Source of the DNA: Octopus sinensis
Taxonomy: Eukaryota
Reading direction: 5' to 3'
NCBI RefSeq assembly: GCF_006345805.1
Contig: NW_021825187.1
Location: 1-16,388 of the forward strand
DNA: 16,388 nucleotides
Under the pieces are notes generated by a model, which ran no database searches, had not been told where the DNA came from, and saw only the letters and a program-made list of their open reading frames with translations. The translations under genes were made by a program, and so were the position numbers. Shown here in pieces: positions 8,166-16,388 of the stretch (positions are counted from its first letter, which is position 1; each line of letters begins with the position of its first letter).

Positions 8166-8792
8166 GGCGGTGAGCTGGCAGAACCGTTAGCACGCCGGGC
8201 GAAATGCTTAGCGGTATTTCGTCTATCTTTATGTTCTGAGTTCAAATTCCCCCGAGGTCTACTTTACATTTCATCCTTTCGCGGTCAATAAATTAGGTAC
8301 CAGTTACACACTGGGGTCGATATAATCGACTTAATCCGTTTGTCTGTCCTTGTTTGATCTCTCTGTATTTAGCCACTTGTTGGTAGTAAAGAAATAGGTA
8401 TTTCATCTGCCGTTACGTTCTGAGTTCAAATTCCGCCGAGGTCGACTTTGCCTTTCATCCTTTCGGGGTCAATAAATTAAGTACCTATTACGCACTGGGG
8501 TCGATATAATCGATTTAAACCCTTTGTCTGTCCTTGTTTGTCCCCTCTATGTTTATCCCCTTGTGGGCAATAAATAAATAAGAAACGTTAGCACGCCGGG
8601 CGAAAGGCTTTGCGGCATTTCGCCTGTGGTTACGTTCTGAGTTCAAATTCCGCCGAGGTTGACTTTGCCTTTCATCCTTTCGGGAAACGATAAATTAAGT
8701 ACCAGTTACGTACTGGAATCGATCTAATCGACTGCCTCCCCCCCCACTCTCCAAAAATGTCGGGCCTTGTGCCTAGAGTAGAAAATAATTAT
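8166..8792 (+). mobile_element. Head-to-tail trimer of SINE family A
   Basis: Unit 1 8166-8396 (complete head), unit 2 8397-8584 (starts at GGTATTTC), unit 3 8585-8792 (starts at CGTTAGCACG). All carry GTTCTGAGTTCAAATTCC and the CATCCTTTCG core. Confidence 0.92.
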
Positions 8793-9109
8793 GTACAACG
8801 TATATATTTGATCATTATAAACAAAACAGTTTTCCAGGTTGTACAGCAGGAAATTGCAGAACCGTGTGTTTTAGACTACGAGAAACTACCAACATTGTCG
8901 TTGTCGTCGTCGTCGTCGTCGTCATCGTCATCATCATATTACATAGGTTGTCGCCATCGAGTGATATTTTATGTAATTCTGTTGAGAGATGAATGGAGGG
9001 GGAAATTGTAAAAGAAATACTGATGAAAAGTTAGAAATAAAATGGAAAGTTGACTGAAGTATATTTGGAGAGAAAGGAAAACAACGGAAACAAAACAGAT
9101 ACATTTACA

Positions 9110-9200
9110 AACACACATACATACATACATACATACATACATACATACATACATACATACATACATACAAACAAGCACATATATACATACATATGTACAT
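9110..9200. repeat. (TACA)n microsatellite
   Basis: Read directly. Confidence 0.95.
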
Positions 9201-9214
9201 ACATGTGCGTGTCC

Positions 9215-9633
9215 TAGCCACATGGCTCCGGGTTCTAACCAACTATATGAGATTTTGGGCAAGTGGCATCTTGTGTAGATGACACCTTGGACAGCTTTGC
9301 CAGTGGATTTGGTACACGGAAACTGAAAGAAGCCGGTCGTATACATACATACATACATACATATAATATATATATGTATATATATATGTATATATGTGTG
9401 TGTGTGAGAGAGAGAGTGCGTGTATGTGTGTGTGTCTGTTCGTATGTATTTGTGTCCCACCGTCGATTGACAACCGGTGTTGGTGTGTTTACGTCCTCAT
9501 AACTTAACGGTTCGGCAAAATAGACTCGATTGAATAAGGGGTTCCGAAATCTTATGTACTGAAGTTGATTAGTCTCGTCTAAAATTCTTCAAGGCGGTGC
9601 CCCAGCATGGTCGCTGTCTAATGGCTGAAGCAG
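9215..9633 (+). mobile_element. SINE-like family B with an internal microsatellite
   Basis: Head CCACATGG.TCCGGGTTC...TTGGGCAAGT...GTGGATTTGGTA.ACGGAAACTGAAAGAAGCC.GTCGTATA, then (TACA/TA/TG)n at about 9341-9450, then a tail ending GGCGGTGCCCCAGCATGG.CGC...TGAA. Head and tail both recur inverted at 11.9-12.4 kb. Confidence 0.8.
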
Positions 9634-9756
9634 TTTTTAGAATATTAACTTAGGTTAAGTAAAACGCAAGGATGGGTCAATAATGCCATGAGGAATGCAG
9701 TACAACGTAAGCCCTGCCAAGGAACTGAGACGGAGAAAGGGGGGGGGGGAAGAAAT

Positions 9757-9791
<35 letters not shown>

Positions 9792-9954
9792 GACGGACCT
9801 ACAGAGTGAGAATTGGAAAGTGGGTAAGTACGAGAAAGAAAGAATGAGTTTGCGAACGAGCTTGCGAGGAAGAGAGATCGACGACGATGAGACAGAAAGA
9901 AATGAAGGAAATTAAATAAAGCCAATATGAGAGAAAGGGTATTGCTCTGGAGAG

Positions 9955-10447
9955 ACACATACATAAATACATACATGCATATTTACGCACACTTACACAC
10001 ACTCACTCACAAACACACATATATGCGTATATTCGTGTTTCTCCCTTCCTCCCTTCCTCCCTCCCTCCCCCTCTCTCTCTTTCTCTCTCTATATATATAT
10101 GTATATATGTATATGTATATATAGATATATGCCTATATATAGGTATATATACATATACATCTACATACAGACACATACATATATATATACGCATATACAC
10201 ACATGCATATGCATATATATGTATGTATGTATGTATGTATGTGTGTGTATATGCATGTATGTATATATATATATATATTGTGTGTGTGCGTGTGTGGTAT
10301 ATATAATATAATATATTATATATATATATTAAATATATATATAAATAATATATATAAATAATATATAAATAAATATATATATAAATAAATATTATAAATA
10401 TATATATATATATAAAATAATAAATAATAAATAAATATATATATATA

Positions 10448-10505
<58 letters not shown>

Positions 10506-10510
10506 TATAT
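9955..10510. repeat. Compound microsatellite (TACA/CA/CCTT/CT/TA/TG) with a long degenerate (TA)n
   Basis: Read directly; explains ORFs 9927..10554. Confidence 0.93.
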
Positions 10511-10514
10511 AAAC

Positions 10515-10560
10515 GGCGGTGCATCAGCATGGCCGCAGCTCTGAGCTGAAACAAGAAGAA
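10515..10560 (+). mobile_element. Isolated 3' tail of SINE family B
   Basis: GGCGGTGCATCAGCATGGCCGCAG...CTGAAACAAG matches 9594-9630. Confidence 0.7.
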
Positions 10561-10844
10561 AATATATATATATATTCAGAGAGAGAAGGAGAGAAAGGGA
10601 GAGAGAGGATGCGCGTTAAGTAGATGATGGAAAGGAGGAAAAAGGAGACTTTGAGGAACCAAGGGCAGTATGTGGGTGTGGGTGTGTGTGTGTATAGGGT
10701 TGGGATTGTAATGAGTGGAAGCTACATTGGTCTACAGACATAAATAACTAACGTAGATAGATTATTGTATCCGCTGGCGGCTTTGTTAGTAATAATTATA
10801 TAATTAATCATTTCGTATAAGAAAGAGACAGCTGAATGAGGCCA

Positions 10845-11415
10845 TGGCGATGGTAGTGGTGTTATTGTCCATGATGCTGATTACGGTGATGATGTTGATG
10901 ATGATGATGACGATGATGGTAGTGGTGGTAATGGTGATGATGAAGAGGACTAATGATGATGATAATGATGATGACGAATTATGATGAAGATAAGGGTGGT
11001 GGAGGTGATGATGATGAGGATGATGATGATGACGAATGATGTTGATGATGATGATGATGATGGTGATGGTGGTAATTTTGGTGGTGATGATGACGGTGAT
11101 GATAATGATGGTGGTGGTGTTGGTGGTGGTGATGGGAGTGGTGGTGGTGATAATGACGGTGACGATAATGATGATGATAATGACGACGACGAATGATGAT
11201 GATTCTGATGATGCTGAGAATGATGATGGTGGTAGTAATGATAATGAAGACGATGATGATTATGATGACTATGACAACGGTGACGACGACGACGACGACA
11301 ACGATTATGATCATGATGATGAGGTGGCTGAAGATATTGGTGGTGATGATGATGGTAGTGATGATAATGATAATAACGACGACGATAATAACGACATCAT
11401 CGCAGCTGATGATGT
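10845..11415. repeat. Cryptic trinucleotide block (GAT/GGT/GAC/AAT)n
   Basis: Read directly; generates the poly-D/M/H ORFs between 10979 and 11443. Confidence 0.93.
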
Positions 11416-11639
11416 GCTGAAGTGTTGCTTGCTATTTCATTAGTTTATACTGTCTTTAGCCAAGCTCTGGACAAATTTCATGCCCATCCCGCCTTTCATA
11501 ATCATTCCAACTACGTTATCTCCCATTTTTTAGTGTTTGCTTGAAGGCAAGGTGGCTGTTCTTACTACCACATCAAGTCCTGCTCAGAAGTTACGTTACT
11601 GACTAGCGGATGAATATGTTGGTGTTAGATAGTGACTTC

Positions 11640-11790
11640 TTCTCCGGTTCTTTACATTCTCAGTTCAAATCGCACACCGAGGTCAATTTTGCCTTTTATC
11701 CTTTTTGGGGTTGATAAAACAGAGTACCGTTGAATTACTGTGGTCAGTAGTATCGAATAACTCTCTTCCCTCAAAATTACTGATCTTCTG
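11640..11790 (+). mobile_element. SINE family A, old degenerate copy
   Basis: TTACATTCTCAGTTCAAAT...CCGAGGTCAATTTTGCCTTTTATCCTTTTTGGGGTTGATAAAA. Confidence 0.75.
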
Positions 11791-11814
11791 GAGGACAAAA
11801 ACAGACTTAGGACG

Positions 11815-11837
11815 CATATACATACATATATACAAGC

Positions 11838-11900
<63 letters not shown>
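11815..11900. repeat. (TACA)n/(TA)n microsatellite
   Basis: Read directly. Confidence 0.95.
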
Positions 11901-11903
<3 letters not shown>

Positions 11904-12036
11904 TCTTATACATGTTTCAGTCATTTGACTGTGGCCATGCTGGAGCCCGCCTTTAGTCGAGCAAATCGTCCCAGGACGTATACATTGTAAAGAGACTTAT
12001 TCTATCGGTCTCTTTTGCTGAACTGCTGAGTTACGG
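11901..12036 (-). mobile_element. SINE family B, tail half
   Basis: TTTCAGTCATTTGACTGTGGCCATGCTGGAGC.CGCC and CTTATTCTATCGGTCTCTTTTGCTGAAC are reverse complements of motifs in 9490-9630. Confidence 0.8.
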
Positions 12037-12261
12037 TTATAGCCGAAACAATAGCTATGGATCCATTGCAGATTTCCGATGAAGCAGATATATAATTATT
12101 AAACCGGACAGAAAGATTAAGGCAATGCAAACATCTCAAGCCGTACTCAATATTATCATTGGAAAAACTTTTTTCCAATAATAATATTGTATGCTACTTG
12201 AAATGTTTGCCTTGCCTGTTGTCCTCTTTAAAAATTATATAAATATATATGTATATTTATA

Positions 12262-12410
12262 AATACGACGGGATTCTTTCAGTTTCCGTCTACCAAATCC
12301 ACTCATAATGCTTTGGTCGGTCTGAGGCTAGGGTAGAAGACGCTCACCCAGGCTGCCACGCAGCGGCATTGAATCCAGAACCATGTGATTGGGAGGCAAA
12401 CGTGTTACTC
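12262..12410 (-). mobile_element. SINE family B, head half
   Basis: TACGACGGGATTCTTTCAGTTTCCGTCTACCAAATCCAC...GAACCATGTG is the reverse complement of 9215-9342. Confidence 0.82.
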
Positions 12411-12629
12411 CCTGCTATTTAAGATGGTGCTAGCAAGTAGAATTTCATATCTGCTTTCGTATATATTTAAAAAAAATTATCCTTTCTTTTTTCTGTCCTT
12501 AGGTTCTCAATTCCTGATGGAGTCATACAAGTGCCGTTGTGACATGGAGCGTGCCTGAATTGGTTTAAGCTGGCGGAGCCCATCTCACCCAGGGTTTGAT
12601 CACAGGATATTTCTTTCAAAGAGAAAAGC

Positions 12630-13100
<471 letters not shown>

Positions 13101-13119
13101 GCGTGGGGAAGAGAAATAG

Positions 13120-13190
13120 AGACTCCAGTACTGATCTTATTTTCTATTTATGGATCCCGAGAGGAAAAAAGTCAAAACTGACCTCTGCAA
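13120..13190 (-). mobile_element. Possible degenerate SINE family A fragment
   Basis: GACTCCAGTACT...GATCCCGAGAGGA...AAAGTCAAAACTGACCTC resembles the inverted core. Confidence 0.45.
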
Positions 13191-13869
13191 GGCTAGGACA
13201 CAAAAAGCAGAAGACACAAACAAATTTATTTCATCTTTCGATCGGACGACTCTGCCAACCCGTGGCCATATTGTCCATGATTGTATGGAAAAGTAAAGAG
13301 AAGTAATTTAATAAAATTCAAAAAAGATAATAAACCGGGTTTGTTACTGCTACACAAGATATATACAAGAAGAATTAGAGATTAGGGTATCTGTGGGTCA
13401 GTTTCTTTCGTTAAGGACGGATAATACCTTCAGAATAAAAAGGACCCTGCTTGAGACGTTTATCTCACTAAATTCTGCTTTCTTTTCTTTATATTTCCAT
13501 TCATGTTCTACTGATAGCGACCGCCATTAGCCTAACAATTCGAACAGTGAGTTTTGTTACATTTAGTATCAAGATTGAGCCTGCTATCTCACTGATCTTT
13601 AACCTTTAAATATAAAAGTGAATTTTATCTATATAAACTGTCCGGGGGAAATTTGCTGAAGAAATTTCTTACGCGAATTGTAAACAACTGAACAATGATA
13701 CCTTCGCTTGAGTTTTGCATTTGGAGTTTCTTATCTCTGTTCAGGAAGGTGAGATACGAGGTATGAGCATATCATGCGAATCGCCGAAAATATGGGAGAA
13801 AGATTAAATCAAAATTAAACAATCTGGTGAGAAATAGTGAATGTTATTGTCAAAATTTAATGGCGTATG

Positions 13870-14410
13870 CAAACACACACGCACACACATTCACATACAC
13901 ACACATACATACATACAGACACATAAAACACACAAATACGGACATGCAAACGTGAATATGCAGAATACATACATACAAATGTACACGCATACATACATAT
14001 ATATAAATGCACACACACACCATACATGCATACACACACCTGCATGCACACATACATACATACATACATACATACATACATACATACATACATGTGCATG
14101 CACACACACACACTGATTCACACTCATGCACACAAACAAAAGAAAAACAATGCAGTGTGGATAACGGACAGAGTCAAAACTATTGAAAAGGTTACAAGAC
14201 AAAACGTGTGTGTTTGCCTGTATATGTGTGTGTATGTATGCAAATGCGTAGGCACAGACACACATACACACAAACACTTATAATATAGCTATAAGTATAC
14301 ATCTGCAAAATACAAAAATGCATATATATCATATAATATATATATGATATATATATGTGTGTATATATATATATATATACAAACACATGCATATATACAT
14401 ACATACACAT
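13870..14410. repeat. (CA)n/(TACA)n/(TG)n/(TA)n compound microsatellite region
   Basis: Read directly; explains ORFs 13841..14283. Confidence 0.9.
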
Positions 14411-14914
14411 AGCAACGTGAGTTAGGAATGAGTATGTACGTGACCGTTTTGATTCTGATGAGGTCTTATTTCTTGCCATATAATAACATGTGCCAGCAAA
14501 TAATTTATTTTCTGCATTTATTAACAAGTGCCACAAACTCTTCTTCGTTCATTAGTTCGTGGTATGTTTGCCTGAGAAGGCACATATATGTCGAAACACC
14601 GGGTGCTCCAATGTTTGCTGACACCAGTGAATGAAGTGCGTTATAAACACACATACCTCTGCCGGTATAAGTTGTGCCCCATTGATCAGATAGAATGGGA
14701 ATTAACATTCTATCGTTGGAATCTAACTGAACGAATTAATGAATATATAAGGAATCGTTTTGATTCTTTCTTTTCGCTGTGCAGACGATTTATTACATAT
14801 GTGCGTGTGTGTGAGTGTGTGAGCATGTGTATGTGTGTGAGAAGGAGAGAGAGAGAGAGAGAGAGTGTGTGTGTGTGTGTAGGAAGGAACATCGGGAACT
14901 TGAGAATAAAAGAA

Positions 14915-14985
14915 CATTGGGGTCGATATAATCGTCTTAACTCTTCCTCAATAAATGCTGGCCTTGTGCTAAAACTTTGAACAAT
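14915..14985 (+). mobile_element. SINE family A, 3' half
   Basis: TTGGGGTCGATATAATCG...GCTGGCCTTGTGCTAAAA. Confidence 0.7.
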
Positions 14986-14996
14986 ATTTACACAGT

Positions 14997-15199
14997 GTGG
15001 CAAACTGGCAGAATCGGTATTGCACCGGACACAATGCTGAGCGACATTTCCTTAGGCTTGGCGTTCTGAGTTCAAATTCCGCCCAGTGAATCTTTTCTTT
15101 TCATCCCTTTGGAGTCAATATGTTGCAGTTGAGCATTGAGGTCGAGGTAATCGAATATATTCCCCCCTTAAATAATTTCAGGCCTTGTGCCTATTGTAG
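14997..15199 (+). mobile_element. SINE family A, diverged full-length copy
   Basis: GGCAAACTGGCAGAATCG...CGTTCTGAGTTCAAATTCCGCC...TTTCATCCCTTTGGAGTCAATA...TTTCAGGCCTTGTGCCTA. Confidence 0.85.
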
Positions 15200-15270
15200 T
15201 TCTTCTTCTTCTTCTTCTTCTTCTTCTTCTTCTTCTTCTTCTTCTTCTTCTTCTTCTTCTTCTTCTTCTT

Positions 15271-15301
<31 letters not shown>

Positions 15302-15420
15302 TATCTTATTATTATTATTATTATTATTATATTTTATTAATTATTATTATTATTATATTATATTATTATATTATTATTATTATTATTATTATTATCATTA
15401 TATTATTATTATCATTATTA
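15200..15420. repeat. Pure (TTC)n of about 33 units (15200-15300) followed by imperfect (TTA)n
   Basis: Read directly; generates the poly-S/L/Y/I ORFs. Confidence 0.97.
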
Positions 15421-15519
15421 AGGCAGCTAGTCATCAGAATACGTACCAGACCGGTCAAAATGCCGGGCAGTATTTTTTTTCCTTCTTTACTCCCTCAGCC
15501 CAATTTCCGCCCACTTTGC

Positions 15520-15625
15520 ATTCCATCGTTTCAGGGTGGATGAATTAAGTGCAAGTTGAACCTTGGACTCGATGTAATCGACTGGCTTCTATCTCCCAAA
15601 TGATTCCACGTTTTGTGCGCTTATA
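15520..15625 (+). mobile_element. SINE family A, degenerate 3' half
   Basis: TTCCATCGTTTCAGGGTGGATGAATTAAGT...TCGATGTAATCGACT. Confidence 0.6.
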
Positions 15626-15699
15626 CTAAAAAGAATTACTATTTACTGAAGACTATGAAACCTGCTTCCCGATATTGGCATTAAAGACAGAACACAATA

Positions 15700-15812
15700 T
15701 AATTCTCACTTTCTCAGACGTTATTATTGGCAGCGCTTTGGCATTTAAAGGTCTAGAATTATGCAATTCCCTCTTAACATGTTTACGAACCTTCAACATT
15801 TTGACCAAAGAG
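15700..15812 (+). mobile_element. Possible highly decayed CR1/L2-type LINE 3' remnant
   Basis: Frame GSALAFKGLELCNSLLTCLR loosely resembles the ORF2 C-terminal motif F..RG..LWNSLP; weak similarity only. Confidence 0.3.
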
Positions 15813-15894
15813 TTTTAGAAGTAATTGTGTCTGGGAACCGTTGAGTTAAAAAGCAGCAGTGTTATGATTCTTTTCGCCATTGTACACTCGAACT

Positions 15895-16075
15895 TGTGTG
15901 TGTGTGTCGTTGCGTGCGTATATATGCTTATGTGTATGCATACGTACACACGCCTGTGGGTGTGTTTGCGTGTGTGTGCTTATGAATGTATGTATGTGTG
16001 TTTATGTGTGTGCGTATGGGTGTATGTTGGTGTGTGTGCCTCTGTGTGTGTATGTTTGCATGGGTGTGTATTTAA
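15895..16075. repeat. Degenerate (TG)n/(TATG)n
   Basis: Read directly. Confidence 0.88.
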
Positions 16076-16189
16076 CTAGTCGACTACATCTATATAGACA
16101 CGCATACAGCAGTAAAGGTTGATTCGTTGAGATAGTAAGAGATAGAGGGTAGTGAAGGTGGGTGAGAAGAAAAAAAGTAGCGAGAGGGT

Positions 16190-16343
16190 AAGACAGATAG
16201 ACAAGCATTCAAATCAGAGAATATACGAGAGAGAGAAACAGAGAAACAGAGAGAGAAAGGGAGAGGGAGAAAGATAGATAGATAGATAGATAGATCGAGA
16301 AAGAAAGAGAAAGACAGAGAGAGAAAGAGAAAGACAGAGAGAT

Positions 16344-16388
<45 letters not shown>
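16190..16388. repeat. (GA)n/(GATA)n/(GAAA)n purine tract running off the window end
   Basis: Read directly. Confidence 0.92.

Noticed and set aside
8166-8250. Functional tRNA gene
   Set aside because: The SINE heads have only loose A/B-box-like motifs (GTTCAAAT); I cannot fold a cloverleaf and the sequence continues into the SINE core.
9688-9915. 75-aa charged ORF
   Set aside because: Built around a G-run and (GA)n; purine-rich low complexity avoids stop codons by composition.
10979-11443. Acidic poly-Asp, poly-Met and poly-His ORFs
   Set aside because: All frames are open because (GAT)n lacks stops in those frames; no unique coding sequence.

Overview
AT-rich, microsatellite-saturated eukaryotic non-coding DNA, most likely from an octopus or related coleoid cephalopod (inferred from the SINE families and repeat style; not database-checked). 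No intact host gene is supported. Nearly all ORFs in the supplied track are artefacts of di-, tri- and tetranucleotide repeats. The window is a pile of nested transposons: a deleted mariner (D34D) copy at 1.1-2.0 kb; a 519-bp element with 25-bp inverted ends carrying telomere-like repeats and a palindromic 21-bp minisatellite, followed by an older relative; a 341-bp Tc1/mariner-type MITE; a 1.48-kb non-autonomous Helitron with intact termini and a broken PIF1 helicase remnant; a 5'-truncated RTE-type LINE with a C-terminal C2H2 finger and target-site duplication; and many copies of two SINE families, including a head-to-tail trimer. I found no convincing new biological system. The most interesting items are element architectures and nesting relationships; the candidate small exons are speculative.
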